Part shown: one piece after another, positions 41,501 through 55,800 of the stretch
How positions within the stretch are numbered: the stretch's first letter is position 1
How the letters are laid out: each line of letters begins with the position of its first letter
Origin: Eledone cirrhosa
Taxonomy: Eukaryota
Direction of reading: 5' to 3'
DNA length: 64,000 bases
Assembly (NCBI GenBank): GCA_964016885.1
Contig: OZ024743.1
Span: forward strand, 246,016,001-246,080,000
Notes under the pieces: generated by a model
Seen by the model: only the letters and a program-made list of their open reading frames with translations
Told to the model about the DNA's origin: nothing
Databases searched by the model: none
Program-made: the position numbers and the translations under genes

Positions 41501-44500
41501 ATACATATATATATACACATAAACACTTATGCACACACACATATACACACTCATAAACACACCACACATATATATATATATATATATATACGTGTGAGTG
41601 AGTCTATGTACTTATGCAATGGTAAAAAGAATATACACCTGTGGATTGAATCATTGGTACTGTAGTAAATTATCCTTTCCTTATTTCCAGATCATCACAT
41701 ACATATACAGCCACATATACAGATAACATTATCGTCTATCTTTCTATCTACCTACCTATATATCTACGTATCGATCTATCGACCTCTCTCACACACACAC
41801 AAATATATCTATTCTAGAGAGTGTGTCCGTTAGATGCATTTCAAGAATTACAAAGAATTTGCAAGTTACTTCATCAGGGGAGGATTAATAATAGCTTCAC
41901 TAACCTCGGAAGACGATTTGCGTGCGGTGTGTATGTGTGTCACTCTCTATATATATATATGTATTTGCGCATGCGCAGTACAGACCTGCCTTCACGTATG
42001 TGCAGTACTGTCCAGCCTTCGTGCATGCGCAGTACTGTCCAGCCTTCGTGCATGCGCAGTACTGACCAGCCTTCACGCATGCGCAGTATGGACCAGCCTT
42101 CGCGCATGCACAGTACAGACCAGTATTCGCACATGCACACTTAAGACAAGCATTCGTGCATGCGCACTTAAGACAAGCCTTCATGCATGCGCACTTCAGA
42201 CCAGCCTTCGTGCATGTGCACTATGGACCAGCCTTTGCACATGTGCACATCGGACCAGCCTTCGTGCATGCATACTACGGACCAGCCTTCGTGCATGCAC
42301 ACTACAGACCAGACTTCGCGCATGCGCACATCGGACCAGCCTTCGTGCATGCGCACATCTGACCAGCCTTCGCGCATGCTCACTTTAGACCAGCTTTAGT
42401 GCATGCGCACTACAGACCAGCCTTCGCGCATGCGCACTACGGACCAGCCTTTGCGCATGCACATTCGGACTAGACTTCGCCTATATATATGTCTATGTAT
42501 GGATAGATATATTTGTGTGTGTGTGTCCGTTAGATGTATAATTGCATTTCATGAATTACAAAGAATTTGCAAGTTACTTTACCCGGGGAGGATTAATAAT
42601 AGCTTCACTAACTTCGGAAGACAATTTGTGTGTGTATATATATAAATATATATATATATGTGTGTGTGTGTTTGCATCAGACATAATTTATATGCTATTA
42701 CATTTATATATATCTAATCAATGGGCGTACAACAGTGCTTAATCTAAATTATAATAAAGTAAGAAGTGCGGGACTGCGTACGGTTTACAATTTTTTATCC
42801 CCTTAGTAAAATAAGTTAGACTATTTTGAATAAATAATGAATGAATATTACATAATTTATCTACTAAATTTCGTGGCTGTTCATTAAATATATTTTATTA
42901 CTTATTTAAAGAATCACTTCTTAAAAATTTTCAAATGTCAACACTTCCGGTTAGCAAACATTTAAATAAATATTCATATATTTCTGTCACTAATTTTCTC
43001 CTAATGCAGTTTATATATAATATCATCTTTTTTTAATGTATCATGGATTACGTTACTGATTACATAAGACAGTGTAACAGTCTTCGTTCAGTTTCTATGT
43101 ATTATATATTGTCAATTACGATTTTATTTGATGTATCATATCTACATGCATATGCACTTGCGTCTAATATCAATATAGACACTACACTTGGTAGCAGAAA
43201 CCACCCGAAGGGTGGTTTTTCAGCTAGTTATATTAATGGGTTAAAAAAAAAAGAATTAATAAATAAATAAATAAAGAGTTAATCTATATTACTAAAACAG
43301 AGAATGTCTGTTTGTCTGTCTGTCTGTCTGTACAATCACTAAAACTCGAGAACCATCCAACCGATTGTTTTCAAACTTTACACATGTAATACTTGTGGTC
43401 CTATTGAGTGTTCTGAGCCAAAAAAATTTCAAATTTAGGCGATTTAGCGATTACATAATCACATGCATCACTGACAGATATTTTTGCATACACAAAAACA
43501 AAATATAAACAAACAAGGCCAACGATTACATCAGTTAGTCTTAGTGTACTTCATACTGCTTTTAGGTAGAAGATCCCGTTAAGGGTGAAAGCAGCGATTC
43601 TTTGCTTAAACTTTAATCTGTTATTCTGATATATATATATATATATAATTATATATTCGTGTACAGATATTTTTGCATACACAATAACAAAATATAAACA
43701 AACGTATTTATTTCACGAGGCTCGATAAGGATAAATATATATCAAATATATAAGAACCCTAGAGCAAATCCCGAGCAACGCTGGGCCATTCTGCTAGTAA
43801 ATAAATAAAACGTTATACTTGTTTTACCCTCCCATTTCCAATTAAACCGAACGCTATCATGGCTGTATGTGTGTGTTTGTATTCTATCACTAGTGTGTGT
43901 TTATTGTTATTGTACCTGTGTATATTTATTTATTTATATTTATCTTAGGTTAGTATTGTGTGTTTCTGTATGGTTGTTGTTATTCCATTCATTTTTTCTG
44001 TTCAACTTCGGTGTTCAATTAAAAGGACAAAAAGATGGTTCGGTACTATATGAACACGCCGTGATGGGAATATAGATAACATAGAAATTAAAATAATATC
44101 TAAACATAGAAATGACTCAACAGGTAGACAAATCAGAGAAGCAACTGAAATAGAACTAAGAAAACTGAAGTTGAACAGAAAAAATACAACGGGAGGAAAT
44201 ATTATAGTACCACTGATGATATCACAGATGTGTAATGAAAGAACTTTGATAGACTATATATATATATTTATATCTATATTTTTAACTGTTGGTCAATCAA
44301 TGATAAACATTGATTGCCAGCTAAATTAACTATAGGGATATAAAATATACAGAAGCGAAAACCAATCCAAACCAAACAGTGAGTGTGTTTTATTATTATT
44401 TCTGGCAATATTATAACAATATGACCCTCCCCAAATATAACAATATATATATATATATATGTGTGTGTGGTGTGTGCCGTGAAAAATGGCATGACTGTGT

Positions 44501-46768
44501 GGTTAAGAAGTTCACTTTACAACCATGTGCTCTCTGAGATATCTTGAGCAAGTGCCTTCTATTATAGGTCCACGCTGACCCAATGTCTTCAGTAGATGGT
44601 TAATGTGAGGAAGCCTGCTTTGACATAATCATCATAATCATCATCGTTTAATATCCATTTTTCTATGGTAGCATGGGTTATATCGATCATGACAAACTAA
44701 GTCGGTACTTAATTGGAGTTACTGTCCACACAGACATTCCAGGGGTTTACATTCCGGTTTTGGCATTGTTACTATGGTTGGATACCCCTCCTAATACCAA
44801 CCACTTTACAGAGTGTACTAGGTGCATTTCGTCAAAGCACCAGAACTAAGGAGGTTCTCAATCATTGACTCAACACCAAAAAGTCTACTCTGCCTTATGT
44901 TAGCCTATTTGCCTCATGAAGGCAGACCAAAAATGTAACATGTGAGCAAAACAGACCAGGTCTCTAGTCTAAGATTAGATAACCTAATATCTTGATGTAC
45001 TTCTTACTGCAGTAACCCATGAATCATACATTTTCCCCATCTTTTTTTCTCAAAGAACCTGTAAATCATCTTGGCCATTACTCTCCCTCCTCTGACTAAG
45101 TGGTAGATTAATAGAATTGTTAGCATGCCAGAGAAATCTTCTCTTTATTTTACAGTTAAGTCAATGAGGAAAGGGTCTTTTCATGGACCTTTTTCATTGC
45201 CTTCATGACTGGTGAGAGGAAGGCTGAAGGTATCCTAAAATTAGAGACCTGGTCCCCAAACTTCCAACAGAATGGATTCTGCTAAAAGTAGCCAAGTATC
45301 ATGAGGTTTTGCTAAATCAGGTAACAAATTAAGTCTACCACACAAGTATGGCATAGTGGAAGTTGAACTCAGAACACAAAGAGTCAAAAGATGCAAAGAA
45401 TCCCATCTGATGCTCTGACAATTCTGCTAACCCACCACTCTTGACAGGTACTTGATTTTTCACCCTCATAATGATGAAAGGCAAATTTGACCTTAATGGG
45501 ATTTGAACTGATTATGTAAAAAGTCAGAACAAATAGAGCAAGCTATTTTGTCCTACACTTTAATGACTGTTAGTTTACCACCTTAACTCTTATGATACTA
45601 AACTGCCTGAAAATTGCCCTATACAAAACTGTTTGTTTTAAAGTGTTTAGATTTATCTAAAATCCTTCATTCATAATTTCATCTTAGAATCTTTGTTAAT
45701 TTATGTTTCAAATACCTGCTTAATAATGAGAAAGTTAAGGGTGGTAGATTGGCAGAATTGGTAGAGCATTGGATAAGATGATTTTGCAGTATTTAGTTTA
45801 GCACATGTATCAGTTTGAAATTTTGTGTGGCTTATGGCATTAGAATGATAAAAGTTTGTATTTTAATATGACATTTATTGAAATTTCTGTTAATTTCTAT
45901 ATTGATTGGGTGACCAGCTGGCTTTCTCTGTATATTTTATTTTGTATTATTGTTAGTTCACTCTATCCAAAGTCAGCACAACCATTAAGGCCAACTAGGA
46001 TGCTGCCTAAGGCACAGATCTTGGAGAGGTGCATTACTGAATCTTAAAGGGACACAGTTTTATACAAATTTGTATTATTAAATTAAATACATGATAATTA
46101 ATAAAGAAATTTCAAAAAGTCTTTGCTGCATAGCAGTATTGAGGGAATATCCAAAGTGGTGAGGAGAGTAGTATGGTGTTATGACCCATCACATGGATTG
46201 GTATGAGTGAATTATGGACTGTGTATGGGAAAATGCAGGCTTAGTAATTTACTTATTATGGTCACAGCAAGAAGTGCCAAAGACTAGATTTGTTAGCTTA
46301 CCGAATTGTAAGTTGAAATTATTTTATTTGAGTAGGGCATCCAGCCATAGAAAACCTGCCAAACAAAGGGCCAAAAGGACTCTTCAACCATGTCAACTTC
46401 CTTAGTGATGATGCAATGATAAAATGCACTCAGAGTATGGGAACATATGTTGGGCCCCTAGCCCACCTCGTAGTCAGTGGCTTTGCTACAGTTCTGACCA
46501 ATCTGTTTATGACACATTTAACCCTTGCTAACAGGGAAAATGGACCTTAAACAATCATGATGAATGCGGCACACATTGCGAAACTAGACCAGTGTGCTAA
46601 ATACCCAGGTGGTGGCTGTAATTGTACCTATTGTGAATAGCCTCTGGTATGTGTATATTTAGCTACTAACTAGATGTTAATCCATGATATGATTATTGCA
46701 ATAAATTTCTCAAATGCTGAAAACGCATATTTATATTTTCCAGTTTTAGTGTTGTGCTACTGCTGCTG

Positions 46769-46806
<38 letters not shown>

Positions 46807-46822
46807 GCTCCTCCTCCTCCTC

Positions 46823-46856
<34 letters not shown>

Positions 46857-49800
46857 CACTACCACTACTACTACCACTACCACTACCACTACCACTACCA
46901 CAAGACATTTTAAAGTCAATGTTCTTGCTAAATAGTGTCAACTTCGCTGATACAGTCATTTTTTACTGAATTCAATTGACAAGCTGGTACAATTATTGTT
47001 AAGCATTGACTGAAATAATATAGAGTACCTTAAAAGTAATGGTAAACAGTGTAAAAAGGAGTGTTGGTCATCATCTTTATCTATTTACATGCACTCTTCC
47101 ATGCTTGCATGAGTTAGCTGGGTCTTTTCCAGTACAGCTTCCCTGCATCTACTGTTTTCCTTCATCACCCACCACCCTGTTATATTCAGCATTTTAAGAT
47201 CTACTCTCACCACTTCTGCTCAGGTTTTCTTTGGCATTCCTCTACTGCAACTTCCTTCTTCTTGGAACTCCTGATACTTCTTCACCCATTAATTATCATC
47301 CATATGCATTACATATCTTCTCTCCTGCACTCTACATTTGATTTCTCTTATACCCAATATTTTCTCTCAACCCATCCATACTTTGCTGTTCATACATATT
47401 AACATCACATGAGTGTGAAACACAATTGCTTTAGAAATGAACTACCTGTTATTTCTGGAATGTATCTATCAGTCTGTATGTGGTTAGTGTGTTCAACTCA
47501 TAATTGTAAGATCATGAGTTCAATTCCCAGCACTATGTTGAGTCCTTGAGCTATACACTTTATTTCCACTCTGCTGGCAAAAAATAAGATGTATCTGTAA
47601 TTTAAAGAGCCAACCTTGTCACACACTGTGCCATGCTGAATCTCCCTGAGAACTGCATTATAGTTACACATGTCAGTGGAATGCTTAGTCAGTTGCATAT
47701 TCATTTCATTGATCAAACAACTGGAACGTTCATTCTCAAAACTGACTGAGGTCTAACAACGTCTGTTTGTTCATCTGTCTCATCTTATACAAACATGAAA
47801 AAGACATAAAATGATGATGATGATTATGATATATCTTTTAAGGTTGATCTAGTGACTTATTACTCTAGAGTTTTCTCTGTCTACTGTAAGTTTTATAGGC
47901 AGTTAAAGTGGAACTTGTAGTACACAGGAGAAGCTCAAATATAATATGCTGCTTGATCAGCTTTAATAAACTATAAATCTTTACTGAAGGTGGTGAATTG
48001 GCAGTCATTAGTATCTCAGAATATTTTGCAATATTCATTCTGGCTATCTGTACTCTGAGTTCAATTGTACTGAAGTCGGTAGGATTGAACTCAAAATTTG
48101 TCTTTCGTGGAAAAAGACTCACCCAGTCCATTCTGTAAAGTGGTAGTGCTGCTGTCACAAAAGATGCACCCATTAAGAAGAGCTTCCCAGATAAGAAACC
48201 ATGCCAAATATGGAATGTAACAAGAAGATGGGTTGTTCCGATCCATCCGGTCTCAAACAGTGACAACCTGTCCATCCCATGCCAGTGAGGAAAGCGGATG
48301 TAAAATGATGATGATAATGATAAGAGGTCAATAATATATTATGGTTGATATGAAAGTAGTGCCCCAGCTTAGACACAGTCAATTAACTGAAATTAGTAAA
48401 ACGACCAAAAAGACACAAAATGTTCTCTGTACTATAGTTGTTATTAAGATAGTCTATTTTATTTATCATTTCAGAGCAGTGTGAGGTTGGAAGATACTGC
48501 AAACTGTGAGAAACACAAGCCTTTAAATGAAGCTATTTGCTCAGAGAACTCAAAATTAGACAGTGGACGAAGCAGTGAAAAACAACCAAAACATCAGAGT
48601 TATGCAACCAAGTAAATCTCAATAACTTTAATATTTTACCACAACTACATTACTATTTAATTTTATCATCATCATCATCATTTTATGTCCACACTGGCAT
48701 GGGTTGGATGGGTTGTCATGGACTGAGACCATTTGGGTTGAAGTGACCTCATCTTGCTCATACGTTCCATATTTGGCATGGTTTCTATGGCTGGATACCC
48801 TCCCTAATGCCAACCATCTTACAGAGTGTACTTGATGCATTTTCTGTGGCACTAACACTACCACTTTACACAATGCACTATGTGTATTTTTTTGTGGCAC
48901 CAACACCAACAATCCCCCTGGGCACACCCCATTGTGTCACCAGCACTTGAGAGGTTGTCATATGCTTATCCAGATTAAAGGGCACTTTCAAACTTTACAT
49001 TGTCTCCATTTGATCACCAACACTATAGCCTCTGGTCCCACACTACATTTACTTTTAATGTCACAGAGTGGATGGGCTTTTATATTTCATATTACAGAAG
49101 ATTTAATTCATTCATCAAACTTCATAATTCTGTTGAAAATGATTTAGGGTGTCATCATCATTATCGTAATCATCATACATCCACTTTTCCATGCTGACAT
49201 GGATGGGATGAGTTATTACAGACTGACTTAATATTTAAAGGAGCTATTGTTCTTCTAGATAGGGCAAGGGCTTACATATGTTCCAGCTTTTGGCATGGTT
49301 TCTACTGCTAGATGCCCTTCCTAATGCCAACCATTTTACATAGTGTACTCAATGCATTTTAGAGTGGCACTAGCTCTAAGGATGTTGTGTTCTTGACACA
49401 ACTGATGAGTCCTGCCAACCCTCTGTTTAGTATGGTTTCTATGGCTAAGTACTCTTCCTAACATCAACTACTTTACAGAGTGTACTGGGTGCATTTTATT
49501 GTGACATCAGCACTAGGGATATTTTTGTATCCTTGACACAAGTTAAGAGTCCTCTTAATCTTCTATTTGGCATGGTTTCTACAGCTGGATGTTCTTCCTA
49601 ACATCAACCACTTTATAGAGCGTACTGGGTACATTTTATTATGACACCAGCACCACCACTTTACAAAGTATACTAAATCTATCAATATTAACATTTCTAA
49701 AACCTTTAGTTCAACAAATGTTTCTATTTTCTTTTCTCATGAAATTATGATTTCTTTTAAATCAAAATTGAACTATTTTGCCATTGTAATCTTTATTGAA

Positions 49801-52800
49801 ATAACATTTTGTTAGATTTACTGTACCAATATCACATGAAGAAGAAGTTGAAGCTTATTCAAAATACACTGGCCATTCTACTTTTACACCCCAACCAGGT
49901 TAGTCCTCAATAAAACTACTGCTTTACTCGCACTCATTGTCATCATCATTTTATGTCTACTTTCCATGTTGGATGGGTTGTGAAGGTCTGAGGTAAGATA
50001 TGGACTACATCTTGCTCATACATGCCATATCTCGGCAAGGTTTCTACAGCTAGATGCACTTCCTAATGCCAACCACTTCACAAAGGGCAGTGGATTGGCA
50101 GTATCAGTAGAGCACCAGACAACATGCTTTGTGGCATATAGTTACATTCCTTTATGTTCTAAGTTCCTATCCTTCTGAGGTTAGCTTTGCCTTTCATCCT
50201 AACTGGGTTGATAAAATAAAGTACCAGTCATGCTGGCCTTATGCCTAAATCAGAAACCATTATTATTATTATCATTAATCGGTGAATTGGCAGTATCGGT
50301 AGAGGGTCGGACACCATGCTTTCCAGCATAGTTACGTCCCTTTATGATCTGAGTTCAAATCCCGCCGAGGTTGACTTTGCCTTTCATCCTTACGGGGTCG
50401 ATAAAATAAAGTACCAGTAATGCACAGGGTAATTGCTGGCCTTGTGCCTAAAGTAGAAACAATTATTATTATTATCATTATACCTCTCTCTCTCTACCAC
50501 ATTTCCATCCTATTGACTACATCCCTCACACTACTACATCCTCCCCCTCTTCCCATACACTAATCAGCCACTCTTTACTCATTATCCTACCAAATCCCCA
50601 CATACACTTATAACTTCATACCATCTCCCTCTTCTATTGCCCTCTCCCCAGAGCAGAGAGGCCTCTACAGTTGGATCTATGTCCAACAACCTCTCTAGTG
50701 ATGGTACAACAAAAATGCAGCTGGTATACTCCATAAAAGTGGTTGGTAACAGAAATGGCACACCACTGTAGAAACAATGCCTAAAAGGGTTGAGGGGACC
50801 CTTTAGTTGTATCAAAGACACAACAGCCTCTCTGGTGTTGGTGATCTACACAATAAATGCACCCAGTATACACTGTAAAGTGGTTGGTGATTGGAAGGGT
50901 ATTCAGCCATAGAATGCTTGCCAAACAAGGGGTTAGAAGAACCCTTCAACTTGTGTCAAAAGACACAACAACTTCTCTTGCACACTCGATATGACCATAC
51001 GTAAGTGGGATGGAGATTCCTTGGCCTGTCTCGGAGGTTAGTAGGCCCGCTTCAGTACTGACTTTGTTTATGTAGACACATCCAACCCTTGCTAGCAGCA
51101 AAATCGGACGTTAAATGATGATGATGATGATGATTATATGTAGATATGTGGTTGGATGACTCAATAGGTGCAAAGACAGTTCTGGTTTCTACATTTGATA
51201 CCTTTCCTAATGCTAACCACTTTGCAGAATGTACTGGGTGCATTTTAAATTATGGTGTTAATCCATCCAGCATTGTTTAAATTTGTTTTGCTTTGCCTTG
51301 ATGTGTATCCTTAATTCATGATAGAGTTGTAGGGTCCCTGTCATTGTATACAGTGTGTATTAAGCATCTAAACCTGGCAGAGCTCATCCTTCTCTAGGTA
51401 TGACCACAGGCGATTTCTTCCAGATAAAATATAGAAAGAAATGGCCCAGTAGAGAACTGGTACTATATTAACACTGAGGTCAACTTTGTCTTTCAATTGA
51501 AGTGGTAAAAGGCAAAGTTAACCTCAGCAGGATTTGAACTTAAATCCCACAGAAAAGTATTGTTGTTGCTTCTTGATTCTGTTATTTCCATTTAAAATGG
51601 CATTGGATTGGCAGAATAGTTAGAGCATCAGACAAAGTGCTTTGCAGAATTTTGTTACGGCTTATTATGTTCTGAGTTCAAATTCCAGCAAAGTCAAGGT
51701 CAACTTTGCTTTTCATCCTTCCAGGCTCACTAAAATAAAATAGCAGTCAAGTACTGGAGTTTATTTAATTGACTATCCCCCCTGCCCCAAACAGCTAGCC
51801 TTGTGCCTATATTAGAAACCATTATTTCCATTTAAAGGCAACACTATTGATAACAGATCGCAACAGCAGCAGCAACAGAACATCAGACATCAACAAGAAC
51901 AACAACAACATCAACATCTACACCAAAAGTATGTGCATCCCACTCCTCAGCCATTGAAGGTATGTAAACATTTATGAATTTTGTATTGTTTTGAGTACTA
52001 ATTTGTTTGTTAGGATAACGATGATGTTGGTGGTGGTGATGATGATTATGTCTAGCCAGAACTAATATTTCTTGATATAATGCCTGCATAGGAACAGCAA
52101 TGTTGTATGGTAGTGAGACCTGGGTGCTGTGTGTAGAGGACTTGTGAAGATTGGAAAGAAATGAAGCTTGCATGCTTTGATGGATGTGTAATAATAATAT
52201 ACGTGAATGGCAAAGCATAAATGAACTGAGAGAGAAACTAGGTGTAAGACGAATCAGATGCAGTGTGCAGGAGAGGAGGTTACGTTGGTATGGACATATG
52301 ATGCGTATGGAGGATGATAGCTGTATAAAAAGGTATACAGCACTCAAAGTTGATGGAAGTTATGGAATAGGAAGACCCAGGAAGACTTGGGATGATAAAA
52401 GCTGACCTTGCACAATTGCACCTCTCAAAGGTGATGACACAGGACCGAGCTCGCTGGTGTTATGTAGTAATACAGAAAACCCGCCTTCCCATGAGCACAG
52501 GCTGAAGCATACATACAGTATGCACCACTTTCACCTCCATCTTCCCTTCCATGCATCTCCCATGAACACAGGCTGAAGCATACATCTACTATGCACCACC
52601 TTCACCTCTGCCCCCCTTCCTTTCACCTCCCATGTCCTATCACTCTGCCCCTCACACATGCCCATATACCCACCTCCTCAATGCCCACACACCTCTCACC
52701 AAATTCTTCAGCCCACACTATAAAGTGGTATGTAGGTGTCAACAAAAAGCACCCAATACTCAATTTAAATGTGGTTGAATTAAGAAGGGTATCCAGCTTT

Positions 52801-55800
52801 AGAAACCAAGCCAAATCAGTTCTGTATGAGCAAGACATGGTCATCTGACCTGGCCTATCTCACTACAGGACAACTCATCTAACTCATGCTAGCATGGAAA
52901 AATGGATGTTAATTGGTGATGATGATGATGATGATCAAAAGGAAGGTTGTAGTAAGACGCCTTACTGTCGGATAATGGACCAGGCCTAGTTGTCTCCCCC
53001 TGGTTGAGAACACTATTTAAGTAAGCAGCAGTATTACTTTCTCAGACAAGCCACGGAGACAGCAAACAGCAGACGGCCTTTGTACCACAAAACAGCAAAC
53101 AGCCTTTGGACCACGAGATCACACAGATGTCAATACACTGAACTCCTATGCCGAAGCCACAAGAATAGTGTTGGCCGAGCACTGGCTCATAACTGATTTC
53201 ACTTTACTGGTCCCGTCACATTGGTGACCCAGACGTGGGCGTTACATTGGTGACCTACAACAATTGTAATACGTTGCCTTCATTTCAACTGATCACATCT
53301 ATATTGGTATGTTGTTTCCTTTGTAATATAACAAACACATAATAGACAAAATAAACATCATCCTTATTTACATTGTTGAATAGAAGTCTCGTTGTGGTTA
53401 TTATCTTGTCTACACACACACCCACTCACTTGTTATAATTCTATGGAGTACCTATCCTCTCACTTACGAAAATGGTAAATAGACGAGGGACTTTCCCTCA
53501 CGTCTATATTGATAAACTATCCAACAAGGATTCTTCATTACCATACTGGTAACCCCGACTAAAGAATTTTACGCAGCCTTTTATTCATTTGAACTTAAAT
53601 ATTTCACTGTTATTACCACGTTGCCAACCTTTCGCAACTTACAAAAATACACAAAAAAAAAAGACAGAGAAATAATAATGTGTTTATACGGTATTGACAA
53701 AGTATACAAAAAACCAGCCAAAAATTTTTTCAATATGGCGTTGCTTTTCTCCTCCGTTTTGCAATTTTCCCGCCAGGACAGGGACATTTTGAATTGCTTG
53801 TGTGTGTTCCATATTTGATCAAGAGAAAAACTGTTTTTGTGAACATTACTGCCCCGCTGGGGATACACATGCCTTACTTTTTTTCTAAGGGATTTTTAGC
53901 CACAGGCTACCTATTGTTGATATCCAATGTGGATATATTCTAAAACAACCATTTTTTTTTTCTCTTTTTCTCGGGTTATATGATTTGGCTTGCCCGTTGA
54001 AGCAACACAAGGGGACAGACGTTGAAGGAAAAAAAAAAATATATATATATATATATGTACTTTATGTATTTTTGCTATTTCCTAATGTTTTGAATGTCTG
54101 TTTCTTTTTGACCTTTGATTTTTTTGTCCATTTTGGGTGTTTACTTTTCCCTGTACAAGGGAACATTAATTGCTGTTTCTATTTTTTTTTTTTAGTCATT
54201 TCACAATGAATACGCCACATTTGCCTGCCTTTACCGGAAACCCTAAGCTGTGGTTCGCCCAGCTACAAGCGTATTTTACGATCTGTAAGACCGAGTCTGA
54301 CCAGCGCCTCGCTGTCTTGATTAGCGGACTCCCCCCTAATTTAGCAGATTCGGTCCAAGACCTAATTACAGACCCCCCTCTGACTTAACGTATGATTCTT
54401 TAAAAGGCGAGATCTTGAGAAGAAACTGTAAATCGGTAGAGAGTCGTTTTCGGTCATTGATCGAGGACGAACGACTAGGTGACAGAACCCCTACCGCTTT
54501 TCTCCGGCATTTGCGGGAATTGAGTGATTCCCAAGATCAGGATAGCCCTTTCCTGAAGCAATTGTTCTTCTCTCGCCTACCTCAAGAGGTACAGGCGATC
54601 CTAACCCATATGCTAGAGTTAAACACACTCGACCACATTGCTGTCTCTGCTGACAAAATAGTAGAAGTGACGAAGAGAGACACTTCGAAGCAAAAGTACG
54701 TTGCTTCCTCTTCCTCAATCACGCTCATCAGCGAGTGATGAGAAGTTGGTCAAAACTATGGAAGCCATGACTCGTCAAATGGCGGAGTTGTGCAAGGAAC
54801 TCAGGTCTTTTGGACGGCAGAGGAGCCGCTCACGATCTTATTCAACTCCTCGCCGCCGTAGCCGTTCCAAATCTTCAAATCCATCATATTGTTATTACCA
54901 TGACAAATATGGTGACAAAGCCGCCCGTTGTAGGCCTCCTTGTGCTTACAAGGGAAACGACGACCAGAGTCACTAACGGCGGATAGTGCGCTCTGCGAAA
55001 CATCATCCAACCGCCACTTTTTCATTGAGGACCTGCTATCAGGTAGAGCCTTTCTGGTTGACACAGGTGCAATTTGTTCAATATGGCCTGTGTGTTGTAT
55101 GAAGGAGACTCCCCCTGAGTCACCTATTGAGTTGCAGGCAGTAAATTGTTCGCCGATTCGAACCTTCGGACAAATCTCGCTACCTTTGCAGTTCCGTAAT
55201 CTGCGGCGTGAGTTTAAATGGATATTTACTGTCGTTGCCTTGCCGTATCCGATTCTAGGCGCGGATTTTCTCCACCATTTTTCATTGATGGTGGACCTCC
55301 GTCGTAAGCACCTAATTGATGGCATCACTGGTTTAACTGTTGTTGGCAAGGTAGCAGGAGTTCCAACGGTTAGCCCGACCTTTTTTCTTGCTAACACCGG
55401 CGATACTTACCATGTGTTGTTGAACTCGTTCCCGCAACTGACTCAGGGAAATTTTCGAGTTGATGAGCCAACTCATACCACGGAGCACTTCATAACTACA
55501 ACTGGTGCTCCCGTTTTTTCTCGTCCTCGTCGCTTGCCTCCGGACAAACTCAAAGCAGCACGATCAGAGTTTGATCATATGCTGCAGTTGGGGATTATTC
55601 GTCCGTGGGCATCCCATTACACATGGTACCGAAAGCGACTAGCGATTGGAGACCTACTGGAGATTATCGACGCTTAAATTCAATAGCGGAACCGGACCGT
55701 TATCCTATCCCTCATCTGCAAGACTTTGCGCCTTTGTTGCAGGGATGCAAGGTATTCTTCAAACTAGATTTAATTTGTGCGTACCTTCAAATTCCTGTCC

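Noticed and set aside
41971-42481. CRISPR-like array or repeat-protein ORFs (MRSTDQPSC)n
   Set aside because: Variable patch is only 4-5 nt, there are no cas genes, and the context is eukaryotic intron. ORFs appear in all frames and contain stops.
46674-46969. Poly-Y, poly-L and poly-S ORFs
   Set aside because: Translations of a microsatellite
51857-51959. Alternative Thr/Ser-rich reading frame for exon 10
   Set aside because: It ends in phase 1, incompatible with the phase-0 start of conserved exon 11
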